From a virus (Duplodnaviria > Caudoviricetes), in the IMG/VR virus record IMGVR_UViG_3300005805_000427, positions 1-25,928 of that record: a stretch of 25,928 nt of DNA. One strand, given 5' to 3'. The position numbers and the translations under genes are program-made. Below, one piece after another: positions 6,893 through 16,246 of this stretch (positions are counted from its first letter, which is position 1; the number at the start of each line of letters is the position of its first letter). The notes beneath the pieces are model-generated. The model searched no databases. It saw only the letters and a program-made list of their open reading frames with translations, and had not been told where the DNA came from.

Positions 6893-9800
6893 ATGGACAC
6901 GCTCACTCAAGTCGAACGGCTCATTGAACTGGCGATCATTCAGCGGTCGGAATTGCGCCGACTCGTGGAGGAATTGCCGCAATTGAAGGCGCATCTCAGC
7001 GAGGAGATCGAGCGCACGTTCGAGGAAACGGAACCGCAACTGCGCGCCGAGTTGGAGGAGTGGACGACGAAACAGACTGCCGACAAGACTGCGGCACTCG
7101 GTGCTGCTCTCGAAGCGAAGATCATCGAGCTTGCAAACAGCCTCGAGCGCAGCACGCAGGCGAGATACAACGCGATCATCGCCGAGCGCGACGAGAACGC
7201 ACGCCTTGCGTCTGCGGCTGAAGAGAAGATCGCCGAGCACGCGGCCAGCCTTCCCGGCGCTGTGAAGGAAATCGTCACGGCAGAACTCGCTCGTTTCCCG
7301 CGTGCTGGTGAAATCGACAAGCTGCGCAAGGAATTCGCAGAACCGAAGACGCTGAACCCGCGCGGAAAGTGGCGTCCTGATGTTGTCTATAACAAGCTGG
7401 ATTTCGTCACGATCAACGGCGATTCATACGTGTCCGCGAAGGACGACAATCGCACGCGACCGACGCGCAGTTCGTCGGACTGGACTCTTGTCGCCGCGCG
7501 AGGAACCGGCGGCGGCGGTGGTCCGACTTCGATCACCGACTTTCTTCCGACTCCCGGCAACGGCGAGCTTCTGATCGGCAACAACGGATCGTACTCCGCT
7601 GCGCCGCTGACTGCTGGCATCGGCATCAATATCACGAGCGCGCCGGGATCAATCACCATTGACGCTTCTGGAGCGCAGGAAACGCTGACCGCAACGATCA
7701 CGAATGCCGAATCCGTTGCGATCACTCGCGGTCAAGTCGTGTATGCGTTCGGAGCAACCGGCAATCGGATGTCCGTCAAGCTGGCGTCGAATCTAAGTGA
7801 TGCCACGTCCGCGAAAACCATCGGCGTCGTGAGCGACAATTCCATTTCTGCTGGTGGAGTCGGTCAAATCACCTGCGTCGGCGTTGTAGACAATCTGATG
7901 CTTGGAAGCTATAACGAAGGCGACACGCTCTATCTCGGCGCAACTGCTGGAACATTTACCAACGTTAAGCCATATGCTCCGAATCATCTCGTGTATGTTG
8001 GCATCGTAGAGCGCGCCAACAACGGTAACGGCCAACTGTATGTGCGCATCCAGAATGGCTACGAACTTGACGAGATTCACGACGTACAAATCAACGCGCC
8101 GAAGCTCGCCGGCCAGGTCATCGTTTACGATCAAACAAATGACCTCTGGAAAAACGCGCGGATCAACGCTGGCGCAGGCGTCTCGATAACGAATGGTGAT
8201 GCCTCGATCACGGTTGCCGCTGACGTTGTAAGCGTCTTCGGAAGGACCGGCTCCGTCACTGCGTCAAGTGGCGACTATTCTGCCGCGCAGATCACGAACA
8301 CGCCAGCGGGCAGCATTACCGCGACCGACGTTCAAGCGGCGATCAACGAACTAGATTCGGAGAAGCTCGCTAAGGCGTCGAACCTAAGTGACCTCGCGGA
8401 CGTATCGACGGCGCGGAACAATCTCGGACTCGGCTCGGCTGCGCTGGAAAGCACGACCTACTTTATCCAGACCGGACAAGCCGCAGGCGGCGACCTAACG
8501 GGCAATTATCCCAACCCTTCGCTGACGATCAGCGGAGTGATTGCTGGCAACTACGGTTCGGCATCCAGCGTGCCTTCGATCACGATTGACGCGAAGGGCC
8601 GCATAACTTCCGTCACCGCGCCGAACATTCAGATCATCGAGTCGCAGGTCACCGGCCTGACGAGCGCGCTGGCAAGCAAGATTCCAACGACGGAGAAGGG
8701 CGCGGCAAATGGCGTGGCGACGCTTGATGCTGGCGGCAAGGTTCCGACAACGCAGTTGCCCGATTCCGTTCTCGGTCAGCTCTACTACGAGGGCACGTGG
8801 GATGCCTCGACGAACACGCCGACGCTCATCAATCCTCCGAGCGCATCAACTCGCGGTGATTATTACATCACGAGCGCGGCTGGCTCATTCGCCAGCATCA
8901 CCTTCGACGTCGGCGACTGGATTGTATCCAGCGGTTCCGATTGGCAGAAGGTGGATAACACCGACGCGGTCGCATCCGTTTTCGGTCGCAATGGAAACAT
9001 CGTTGCGGCAATCGGTGACTATACTGCCTCGCAAGTCACGAATGTTCCGGCTGGAGGGATCGTTGCGACGACGGTGCAGGCGGCGATTGATGAACTCGAT
9101 ACTGAGAAGCTCGCGAAGGCGAGCAACCTGTCGGATGTATTGTCGACCTCGACGGCGCGTCTGAATCTCGGCATCGGAACGATGGGCGTGCAGGACTCGA
9201 ACAGCGTTGCGATTACGGGCGGCTCGATTAACGGAACGACGGTGGGCGCATCGTCGCCGAATACCGGAGCGTTTACTAGTCTCACGAGCAGCAGCACGAC
9301 GACGCTGAACGGCACCACGATCCCGGCGTCCTCCACCCTGCTCACCAGTGGCGGCGCCCTGGGTACGCCTTCGAGCGGCACCCTGACCAATGCGATCGGA
9401 TTGCCTGTCTCGACCGGCCTCAGCGGCCTGGGCACGGGCGTGGCAACGGCCCTTGCGGTCAACGTGGGCAGTGCTGGGGCCTTGGTGACGAATGGCGGCG
9501 CCCTCGGCACGCCGTCGAGCGGCACGGTCACGAACTTTACCGGCACGGCCTCGATCAACATCAACGGCACAGTCGGCGCAACGACCCCGAGCACGGGCGC
9601 GTTCACGTCGCTGAGTGTGAGCGGCGGTGCATATATTACAGGAGCGGTAAACATTGGCTCAACGGGAGTCGGCCTTGAGACCGGCGTGGCTTCATCCGTT
9701 AACGTCCTTCGCGGATTTGATCGCACGACCATTGCCTACGCGCCGGTTTCGATTCGCAGTTCGACCTTTGACTACAAAAGTGATGAGACTTCCACAGTGT

Positions 9801-9970
9801 TGTCGGCCAGTTCGACCGGCCTCGCCGTCACCGGCACGTTGAGCAGCACAGGCGCACTCGCAATCGGCAACACCGTGAACACCGTAAGCCCGACGAGTCC
9901 GAACCGCACCGTGACAATCGTTATCGGTGGCACGACGTACTATCTTCACGCAAAAACGACCAATGATTAA
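6893..9970 (+). CDS. Large fibre/adhesin-like virion protein
   Basis: 1025 aa: N-terminal coiled coil, NPRGKW...Y...D.V...GDSY...DWTLV module, G/T/S-rich beta repeats, KASNLSD...ARNNLGLG and KGAANGVATLDAGGKVP fibre motifs. Confidence 0.75.
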   Translation: MDTLTQVERLIELAIIQRSELRRLVEELPQLKAHLSEEIERTFEETEPQLRAELEEWTTKQTADKTAALGAALEAKIIELANSLERSTQARYNAIIAERDENARLASAAEEKIAEHAASLPGAVKEIVTAELARFPRAGEIDKLRKEFAEPKTLNPRGKWRPDVVYNKLDFVTINGDSYVSAKDDNRTRPTRSSSDWTLVAARGTGGGGGPTSITDFLPTPGNGELLIGNNGSYSAAPLTAGIGINITSAPGSITIDASGAQETLTATITNAESVAITRGQVVYAFGATGNRMSVKLASNLSDATSAKTIGVVSDNSISAGGVGQITCVGVVDNLMLGSYNEGDTLYLGATAGTFTNVKPYAPNHLVYVGIVERANNGNGQLYVRIQNGYELDEIHDVQINAPKLAGQVIVYDQTNDLWKNARINAGAGVSITNGDASITVAADVVSVFGRTGSVTASSGDYSAAQITNTPAGSITATDVQAAINELDSEKLAKASNLSDLADVSTARNNLGLGSAALESTTYFIQTGQAAGGDLTGNYPNPSLTISGVIAGNYGSASSVPSITIDAKGRITSVTAPNIQIIESQVTGLTSALASKIPTTEKGAANGVATLDAGGKVPTTQLPDSVLGQLYYEGTWDASTNTPTLINPPSASTRGDYYITSAAGSFASITFDVGDWIVSSGSDWQKVDNTDAVASVFGRNGNIVAAIGDYTASQVTNVPAGGIVATTVQAAIDELDTEKLAKASNLSDVLSTSTARLNLGIGTMGVQDSNSVAITGGSINGTTVGASSPNTGAFTSLTSSSTTTLNGTTIPASSTLLTSGGALGTPSSGTLTNAIGLPVSTGLSGLGTGVATALAVNVGSAGALVTNGGALGTPSSGTVTNFTGTASININGTVGATTPSTGAFTSLSVSGGAYITGAVNIGSTGVGLETGVASSVNVLRGFDRTTIAYAPVSIRSSTFDYKSDETSTVLSASSTGLAVTGTLSSTGALAIGNTVNTVSPTSPNRTVTIVIGGTTYYLHAKTTND
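8228..9180 (+). repeat. Diverged internal duplication (about 70 aa) in the fibre gene, about 8228-8437 and 8972-9180
   Basis: SVFGRTGSVTASSGDYSAAQITNTPAGSITATDVQAAINELDSEKLAKASNLSD vs SVFGRNGNIVAAIGDYTASQVTNVPAGGIVATTVQAAIDELDTEKLAKASNLSD. Confidence 0.9.
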
Positions 9971-9977
9971 TTCACCT

Positions 9978-10202
9978 ATGATCATCGCAATTGAACCAAC
10001 AGATTTCCGCGTCCCCGTCCAAGGCGTCGTCGTCGTCGTCAACCAGCTTGAAGTGCGCGTTTCGAGCTAGTTCAAGCTGGCCAGTGGCGTCGACCTCCAA
10101 CTCGGCAACGCCTACGTCGCTGGCGCACCCACGGCAACCGGCTACGTGGTCATCAAAGACTCCACCGGCACCTCATACAAGATCCCGGCGGTCGCTGTAT
10201 AA
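9978..10202 (+). pseudogene. Interrupted or chimeric ORF: 30 codons, in-frame TAG (10068-10070), then a 43-aa fibre-tip-like segment
   Basis: Manual translation: MIIAIEPTDFRVPVQGVVVVVNQLEVRVSS*FKLASGVDLQLGNAYVAGAPTATGYVVIKDSTGTSYKIPAVAV*. Confidence 0.55.
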
Positions 10203-10208
10203 TTTCTC

Positions 10209-10370
10209 ATGAGCCAACCCGACATCACACCCGCTCAAGCTCTCGAAAATCTCGCGCAAGCCGCCGCCCAGTTTCGCGGCACCCGCGCTGATCACGAAAT
10301 CCTCGAACGCTGCGTGCGCGTTCTCGCCGCGCTTGTGCAGCCGCCGCAGGCCGAGAAGAAAGCCGAATGA
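10209..10370 (+). CDS. Small hypothetical protein (53 aa, not in ORF track)
   Basis: MSQPDITPAQALENLAQAAAQFRGTRADHEILERCVRVLAALVQPPQAEKKAE; fills the gap and its stop overlaps the next ATG (ATGA). Confidence 0.7.
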   Translation: MSQPDITPAQALENLAQAAAQFRGTRADHEILERCVRVLAALVQPPQAEKKAE

Positions 10371-10801
10371 GTCTTTTATCATTCCTCGCCTCTGCCGCTG
10401 GCGGGACATTGCTCGGCGGCGCAACTCAGTTCCTCGGCTCGCTTGTTGGCGAGGCGAAGGAGTGGAGCGCGAGCAAGCGACGGATCGCCGAGATCGCCGC
10501 GCTGAAGGAAAAGCAGATCGCGGTCGCCGAAGTCGAGGCATTCGCGAAAGCGGTAGAGGGCACGAACAGCACGACATATTCGCTGCCGCCCAACGCCGCG
10601 TCGTGGATGCACGGCTTGATGACCATCGCCGCATTTTGCACGCAGATGGTGCGGCCGTGCATGGTGGCTGGCGCGTGCTTGTATATATGGACGCGACCGA
10701 ATGAGGAGCTGGCCGGACTGCATGGCGAGATTCTGACCGTATCCTTCGCGTGCATATATTTCTGGCTTGGCGTCCGCCATCAACTTTCCAAGAGCAAATG
10801 A
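10367..10801 (+). CDS. Putative holin (3TM-type)
   Basis: Hydrophobic N-terminus, charged coil, then VRP motif and hydrophobic segments ending YFWLGVR, as in 3TM holin-like proteins. Confidence 0.65.
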   Translation: MSLLSFLASAAGGTLLGGATQFLGSLVGEAKEWSASKRRIAEIAALKEKQIAVAEVEAFAKAVEGTNSTTYSLPPNAASWMHGLMTIAAFCTQMVRPCMVAGACLYIWTRPNEELAGLHGEILTVSFACIYFWLGVRHQLSKSK

Positions 10802-10965
10802 ACAGTCCTCGACCAATGGATTTTCTCGTAGCGTCATTGCCTACGGTATCGGCAACAATCATAGCGCAGGCAAATCAGGTCGTCGGCCTGATCGGATCGC
10901 TGCTCGGCATCGCCTATCTGCTCTGGCGATGGAAGCGCGAATGGAGCGGAAAAAAGCATGACTGA
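10798..10965 (+). CDS. Small membrane protein (holin-like)
   Basis: 55 aa; VVGLIGSLLGIAYLLWRWKR transmembrane segment with basic tail; overlaps both neighbours. Confidence 0.6.
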   Translation: MNSPRPMDFLVASLPTVSATIIAQANQVVGLIGSLLGIAYLLWRWKREWSGKKHD

Positions 10966-11908
10966 CTGGAACACGCTACACCGCGACGAGACGCGGAAGC
11001 TATACGAGTCGGAGATTGCCGGTCTGAAGAAGGAGCTTCAGGTCGCGAGGACTGCTCTCGATAACGCGACCAAGGCGCGAAAGACGAAGTTGCCTGCGCC
11101 AGTCGCAACACGCCGAAGGATTGGAGGCGACATTGTGCGCGTCGTGATTCCCGACACGCATGGATGCCTGATAGACAAGTCCGCTATCTCGGCGATGCTG
11201 TCGGACATCAAGCTGCTTGATCCGCAGGAAATTATTCTGCTGGGCGATCACGTAGACTGCGGCGGGTTCCTCGCGCAGCATCACGTCATGGGATATGTCG
11301 CCGAAACAGACTATACGTACGAAGAAGACCTTGCCGCCGCTAAGACGTTCCTCGATGCGCTCCAAGCCGCAGCACCGAGGGCAAAAGTCGAATACCTCGA
11401 AGGCAACCACGAGAGGCGCGTCGAGACGTGGTGCGTGACACAGGTTCTACGCCACAAGAAGGACGCCGAAGGCTTGCGACGATTGCTTGCACCTGAGTTT
11501 CGTCTCGGCCTGAAGGAACGCGGCATATCGTATTATCGACAAGGCGAATTCTATGACGAGCTTCCGGTTCCCGGCGTCATCAAGCGTGGCAAGTGTTTTT
11601 TCTTTCACGGCGTTTCAACCGCGAAGAACGCAGTCGGCGCAACGGTGGACAAGATCGGCGGCAACTGTGTATTCGGTCACACGCATCGAGCGCAGAGCAA
11701 TATCGTGCGGCGCATTTCCAGCGGTATCGTCGGCGCGTGGAATCCCGGTTGCCTCTGTCAGCTTCAGCCGCTCTGGCAGCATACGGCACCGACTGATTGG
11801 TCGCATGGCTATGCGGTGCAGCTCGTTGCCGCGAGCGGAGCGTTCCTGCATCTAAATATACCGATCATCGACGGCGAATCGCATTTCGCCGCATTGCTCA
11901 AGCTATGA
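10958..11908 (+). CDS. Calcineurin-like metallophosphoesterase
   Basis: All five motifs: IPDTH, LGDHVD, EGNHE, FFHG, GHTH. Confidence 0.92.
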   Translation: MTDWNTLHRDETRKLYESEIAGLKKELQVARTALDNATKARKTKLPAPVATRRRIGGDIVRVVIPDTHGCLIDKSAISAMLSDIKLLDPQEIILLGDHVDCGGFLAQHHVMGYVAETDYTYEEDLAAAKTFLDALQAAAPRAKVEYLEGNHERRVETWCVTQVLRHKKDAEGLRRLLAPEFRLGLKERGISYYRQGEFYDELPVPGVIKRGKCFFFHGVSTAKNAVGATVDKIGGNCVFGHTHRAQSNIVRRISSGIVGAWNPGCLCQLQPLWQHTAPTDWSHGYAVQLVAASGAFLHLNIPIIDGESHFAALLKL

Positions 11909-12159
11909 ACTGGAAACAGCTAGTCGAAGCGCAGAACCGAAAGACATACATACTGCCTCCCGGCTGGGACTCGCGCGACAAAATTGCGGAGCAACTCGAT
12001 TGCAGCGTGGACAACGTGCGCGTGCTTCTCGGTCCTGCATTGCGAGCGAAGACAATAGAGGTTGGGCAATTCCCGGTATGGGACGATGTAACAAAAAAGG
12101 TTGTCCGCATTACTGCTTACAGAAGGCGTCCGACTATAGAGTCAGGAAAAGCAAAGTGA
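11905..12159 (+). CDS. Hypothetical protein, possible winged HTH
   Basis: ATG 11905 overlaps upstream stop; SRDKIAEQLDCSVDNVRVLL is HTH-like. Confidence 0.65.
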   Translation: MNWKQLVEAQNRKTYILPPGWDSRDKIAEQLDCSVDNVRVLLGPALRAKTIEVGQFPVWDDVTKKVVRITAYRRRPTIESGKAK

Positions 12160-12181
12160 TTTGACGAATCCGCATTTTACA

Positions 12182-13120
12182 ATGGCTGCTCCGACTATCA
12201 CTTTTGCCGTCTCGTCCGGTCGAGTTGACCGCGAGGCTGGCATCATTCGTGGCGTCTCTCTGATCTCCGAGGGACCGGCACTAGGTCATGGCGTGCAGAT
12301 TGATTCCAGAACGCTTGAACAGGTGAAGGAAGCCGCGTCGCAATATGAAGGCGGACTCAAGGTGAAGCTCGATCACTCTGGTGGTGCCGGTGATATCATC
12401 GGGTTCGTCGAGAACCTGCGTATTGAAGGAAGCAAGTTGCTCGGCGATCTCAACCTGCTGGAGAAATCGCCGCATCGTGACTATGTATTAGAGATCGCGG
12501 AGAAGATTCCCGACACGTTTGGACTCTCTATTGCGTTCTCGGGTCCGACCGAACTAGCGAGCGATAAGCGCACCGTGCTTCAACGCTGCTCGGAGATATA
12601 TTCCGTCGATCTGGTTTCCGAGCCTGCGGCTAATCGCGACGGACTTTTCTCGCGTATACTCTCCAAGTTTAACGACGCCAATGGCGTCTCAATCGAAATC
12701 GAACCCAATCCCGAAATGAACGATGACATGAAAAAGGCCGTCGAGCAGATGATTCAGTCTGCGATGATGGCTTATGGTGAGCGTCTCTCGAAGCTCGAGT
12801 CGATGCTGCCGAAGGAAGAGGAAAAGGAAGTCGCGATGAGCGCGCAGAACGATGCCGTCAAGCTCGCCGCCAACGAAGCCGCTATCGCTGCGGTGAAGGA
12901 GTTCTCGAAGACTATCGGCGCGCCTGCTGCTCCGGTTGTTTCGTCCGAGGCCGCTGCGCCGAAGACCGAGACGAAGACCTTCGAGGCCGTCGTTGCCGAA
13001 AAGACCGCCGAGCTGAAAGGCGACAAGGCGGCGGCGATCACGTTCTGCATCAAGAACAATTCAGACCTTTACGTCGCCTACCGCTCGCGCGTGCAGGCTG
13101 GCGAGAAGATCAAACTCTAA
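12182..13120 (+). CDS. Prohead protease / scaffold protein
   Basis: VKLDH, FGLSI, SVDLVSEPA protease-like motifs; Ala/Glu/Lys-rich scaffold C-terminus; upstream of cement and capsid genes. Confidence 0.8.
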   Translation: MAAPTITFAVSSGRVDREAGIIRGVSLISEGPALGHGVQIDSRTLEQVKEAASQYEGGLKVKLDHSGGAGDIIGFVENLRIEGSKLLGDLNLLEKSPHRDYVLEIAEKIPDTFGLSIAFSGPTELASDKRTVLQRCSEIYSVDLVSEPAANRDGLFSRILSKFNDANGVSIEIEPNPEMNDDMKKAVEQMIQSAMMAYGERLSKLESMLPKEEEKEVAMSAQNDAVKLAANEAAIAAVKEFSKTIGAPAAPVVSSEAAAPKTETKTFEAVVAEKTAELKGDKAAAITFCIKNNSDLYVAYRSRVQAGEKIKL

Positions 13121-13132
13121 AATCAACCCAAC

Positions 13133-13483
13133 ATGGCTACCAACTATATCGGCACGGGCACGCTCCTTGCCAACACCACCATCACCGCCTTTTACGGCGT
13201 TGTGCTTTCCAGCAATCGCGGCGTCGGGCTTTCGAGCGCGACCGACTGCGACGGCTTCGCGCAGATTGACGCGGCTTCCGGCGACTATGTCACGGTCGCG
13301 TTCCTGACCAACTTCGGCACGCAGAAGGGTGTTGTCACCGCTGCTCCGGTGACGGTCGGTGACACGCTGTATCTCGGCGCGTCTGGCCTCGTTTCCACGA
13401 CCGGAACGATCACCATTGGCAAATCGCTCACGACGACTTCCAGCAACGGTGCCGTCATCGAGTTCATTCCGAAGAAACTCTAA
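13133..13483 (+). CDS. Capsid cement / decoration protein (DUF2190-like)
   Basis: 116 aa, G/T/A-rich, VTVGDTLYLGASGLV...IGKSL; lies between scaffold and capsid genes. Confidence 0.75.
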   Translation: MATNYIGTGTLLANTTITAFYGVVLSSNRGVGLSSATDCDGFAQIDAASGDYVTVAFLTNFGTQKGVVTAAPVTVGDTLYLGASGLVSTTGTITIGKSLTTTSSNGAVIEFIPKKL

Positions 13484-13506
13484 CAATTAACTAAAGGACT
13501 TCTACC

Positions 13507-14472
13507 ATGTATACGAATGCAGCCGCAGTCTTTCGCGGCGATATCGCTGGTGTGCTTGAGCAGGCTAAGGACTGGGAATCTGGTCTGGTTGCCACTCGCG
13601 TGATGCCTGTTCTCCCTGTGCCGGTTCGCGCCGGTCAGTATCCTTCTTTTCTCTTGAAGGAGGGCCAGCTCCTGAAGAACGAAATCAAGCAGCGTGCGCC
13701 GAACTCCGCGTATCCGCGCGCGACCCAGGCTTATAATCAGGAGACGTACATCGCGCAGGAGTATGGCGTCGAGATGGGCGTTGACGATACCGTCGCGCTC
13801 GATGTCTCGCGCTTCTTCGACGCCGAGGTCGTCGCCGCCAAGCTCGCGCAGCGGAAGCTCCTGCTCGGTCACGAAATCCGCGTCGCTGGCAAAATCTTCG
13901 ACGCTGGTACGTTCACCAGCACGAACTCCGGCACGGCCTACACGACGGGCAATCTCGCCTCGTTCGACGTTGGTGCCGACGTGCAGGAGGCGATTGATCG
14001 CCTGCTCGCGAAGGGTGAGAGCGTCAGCAATCTGCGCGTTGTCCTGAGCGCGCCGGTCTGGACTCGCATCCGCGCCAGCACGAAATTCCAGAACCGCCTT
14101 CGCGGTGCCGGTCTTTCGAGCGACACGATCCTCAACGCGAGCACGCAGGCCGCTGCCGAAGTCTTCGGCGTCGCCGAGGTGCTCATCGGTCGCGCCAGCT
14201 ACGACACCGCGCCGGAAGGCGTGGCGTTCTCCAGCTCGCAGGTCTGGTCGAACACTTACATCTGGGTCGGCAATGTCACCGAGGCGTCTTCCGGCTTCTT
14301 CGGTGGCGGCGCGGGCTTCACGCTCAACTGGAGCGAGTACGGTCCTGCGGTCGGCGTGTTCACCTATCGCGACGAGAGCGTGAAGTCGAACATCGTTCGC
14401 GCTTCGCAGTTCGTCGCCGAGAAGGTTGTGAACAGCAACGCGGGCCAGCTCATCGCGACGCAGTACTCCTAA
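13507..14472 (+). CDS. Major capsid protein (HK97 fold, gpE-like)
   Basis: 321 aa; LVATRVMPVLPV, KLLLGHEIRVA, AAEVFGVAEVLIG; SD AAAGGA upstream and terminator downstream. Confidence 0.88.
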   Translation: MYTNAAAVFRGDIAGVLEQAKDWESGLVATRVMPVLPVPVRAGQYPSFLLKEGQLLKNEIKQRAPNSAYPRATQAYNQETYIAQEYGVEMGVDDTVALDVSRFFDAEVVAAKLAQRKLLLGHEIRVAGKIFDAGTFTSTNSGTAYTTGNLASFDVGADVQEAIDRLLAKGESVSNLRVVLSAPVWTRIRASTKFQNRLRGAGLSSDTILNASTQAAAEVFGVAEVLIGRASYDTAPEGVAFSSSQVWSNTYIWVGNVTEASSGFFGGGAGFTLNWSEYGPAVGVFTYRDESVKSNIVRASQFVAEKVVNSNAGQLIATQYS

Positions 14473-14495
14473 GCTCTTTTGTAGGGTTCATGGGG

Positions 14496-14527
14496 AAGCC
14501 GCTCTCGTAACTGGGAGCGGCTTTTTT
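14496..14527 (+). terminator. Rho-independent terminator after the capsid gene
   Basis: AAGCCGCTCTC-GTAACT-GGGAGCGGCTT stem-loop running into a T6 tract. Confidence 0.85.
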
Positions 14528-14545
14528 GACGCCTAGTGCAGAGCC

Positions 14546-16246
14546 ATGCGCTTTTCGCTTTGCGTGATATGCGGCAACGAGTCGCACCACATAGGCCAGA
14601 TGCTCGCAGCATTTGCTCCTGCGTTTGACGAGCTTTCGCTCGTGCGCGCAATCGGCAAGCGTGTGCCTGATGGAACAAAGGAGATTGCCGAGGAGTGGTG
14701 CCGATCAAACGGCAAGGCGTTTGTTTTCTCCGAGTATATTAACGAGCCGACCGCACGCGATTGGGATCACGTCGATTCATTTGCTCGCGCTCGCAATGGC
14801 GCCTTTAAGCAGGCCAAAGGCGAATGGCTTTTCTGGGCCGACTGCGACGACGTGGTGCGCGGTGCCGAGAATCTACGCCGCACGCTGGAGCAAGTTCCGG
14901 CAGACGTGCAAATGGTGCGCTTTTCGTATGACGTCAAAGGGTCGAACAAATGCTTGTTCCGCGAGCGAGCGATTCGCCGAGACGCTTTCCACTCCGGTCG
15001 AGTCTGGCATCACGATGTACACGAGAACCTGCTGATTCTCGCTGGCGACAAGCATCTCGATCTCGGCGACGTTGTCTGGGTTCACGCACCAAAAGAAATC
15101 AAGCAGGAGAACCGAAGGCGCAATCTCCGCATCCTCGCAAACTCGGTTCGCGAATGCGCGACGCAGTATTTCTACATTCATCAGGAGCACTACTGTAACC
15201 AGAACCGCGAGGCCGCGCTGGAGTTTGGTCGCCTCGCGTTGCAGTTTCCGAATCTTCAACCGGCTTTCCGATACGAGGCGTTGCTGAATTGCGCTCGTCT
15301 GACTAATTCCAGCCGCGAAGCGAAGTCTCTTTTGCTCGAAGCGCATGGCGTTTTCCCGTGGTGCCGAGAGGCATTCGCCGGTCTTGTGCTGCACGCCTTC
15401 GAGCAGAAGGACTATTCAATGGCGGTCTATTGGGCGCAGCGCATGACGGAATTGCGCGAGCCATTGAGCGACAAGCGACCGTGGACGCACGAGGCGAAGT
15501 GGTACGGCTGGGCCGGATACGATCTTGCCGCTCGCGCATTCCGAGCCGAAGGAAACAAGGCGATGGCGGCGGTTCTTCAGGCTCAATACTATCTCGGCAA
15601 GACTCCGAAGATTTCGCTCCTGCACGCAACGCGAGGTCGATCTTCAATGGCGGTTTCAACGCGGGATATGTGGCTCAATGCGGCCAGCGATCCGACGCGC
15701 GTTGAGCATATCTTCGCGGTCGATGAGGACGATGCCGTCAGCGTCGAGATGGCGAAGCAGTTCATCTCCGTCACTTCGTCGGACAAATCGTGCGTCGCTG
15801 CGTGGAATCTCGCTGCGGAATCTGCGCGCGGAGAAATCCTCGTACAACTCTCGGACGATTGGGTGCCATGCGCCGGATGGGACGAGAAGCTGCTAGATCT
15901 CGTGAAGGATCGCGACGCTCACTCCGAGCCATTCGTGATCGCGCCGAGCGATGGAAGCCGAAAGGACGACTTGCTCTGCATGGCGATCTTGTCGCGTGCG
16001 CGCTACGAGCAGCAAGGGCATCTGTTCTTTCCTGAGTATGAGTCTGTATTCAGCGACAACGAATTCTCTCACCGAGCATGGCGCGACGGCATCGTGATCG
16101 ACGCGAGAGATCGCCTGCGCTTCGATCACCGGCATCCGGCTTTCGGCAAGGCGAACATGGACAAGACATATTCGCATACGAATTCCCGCGAGCGATACGT
16201 GCGCGGCGAGGCACTATTCAAGTCACGCAACCCAGACGCGAAATGA
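14546..16246 (+). CDS. Double glycosyltransferase: GT2-like, TPR, second GT-A domain
   Basis: SLCVICGNE, FARARN, WLFWADCDD, VHENL (GT2); helical TPR-like middle; ISLLHATRGR, AVDEDD, VAAWN, LVQLSDD (second GT-A). Confidence 0.88.
   Translation: MRFSLCVICGNESHHIGQMLAAFAPAFDELSLVRAIGKRVPDGTKEIAEEWCRSNGKAFVFSEYINEPTARDWDHVDSFARARNGAFKQAKGEWLFWADCDDVVRGAENLRRTLEQVPADVQMVRFSYDVKGSNKCLFRERAIRRDAFHSGRVWHHDVHENLLILAGDKHLDLGDVVWVHAPKEIKQENRRRNLRILANSVRECATQYFYIHQEHYCNQNREAALEFGRLALQFPNLQPAFRYEALLNCARLTNSSREAKSLLLEAHGVFPWCREAFAGLVLHAFEQKDYSMAVYWAQRMTELREPLSDKRPWTHEAKWYGWAGYDLAARAFRAEGNKAMAAVLQAQYYLGKTPKISLLHATRGRSSMAVSTRDMWLNAASDPTRVEHIFAVDEDDAVSVEMAKQFISVTSSDKSCVAAWNLAAESARGEILVQLSDDWVPCAGWDEKLLDLVKDRDAHSEPFVIAPSDGSRKDDLLCMAILSRARYEQQGHLFFPEYESVFSDNEFSHRAWRDGIVIDARDRLRFDHRHPAFGKANMDKTYSHTNSRERYVRGEALFKSRNPDAK

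Noticed and set aside
9019-9732. Long antisense ORFs (e.g. 9019-9732, 10173-10862, 16794-17600)
   Set aside because: Shadows of well-supported + strand genes in GC-rich DNA; no motifs.
10025-10040. (GTC)5 microsatellite as a phase-variation tract
   Set aside because: Short, in-frame trinucleotide run encoding Val5; no evidence of switching.
10068-10070. Genome-wide TAG recoding
   Set aside because: TAG acts as a normal stop at 568, 17591, 20110 and 23099, and long genes are uninterrupted.
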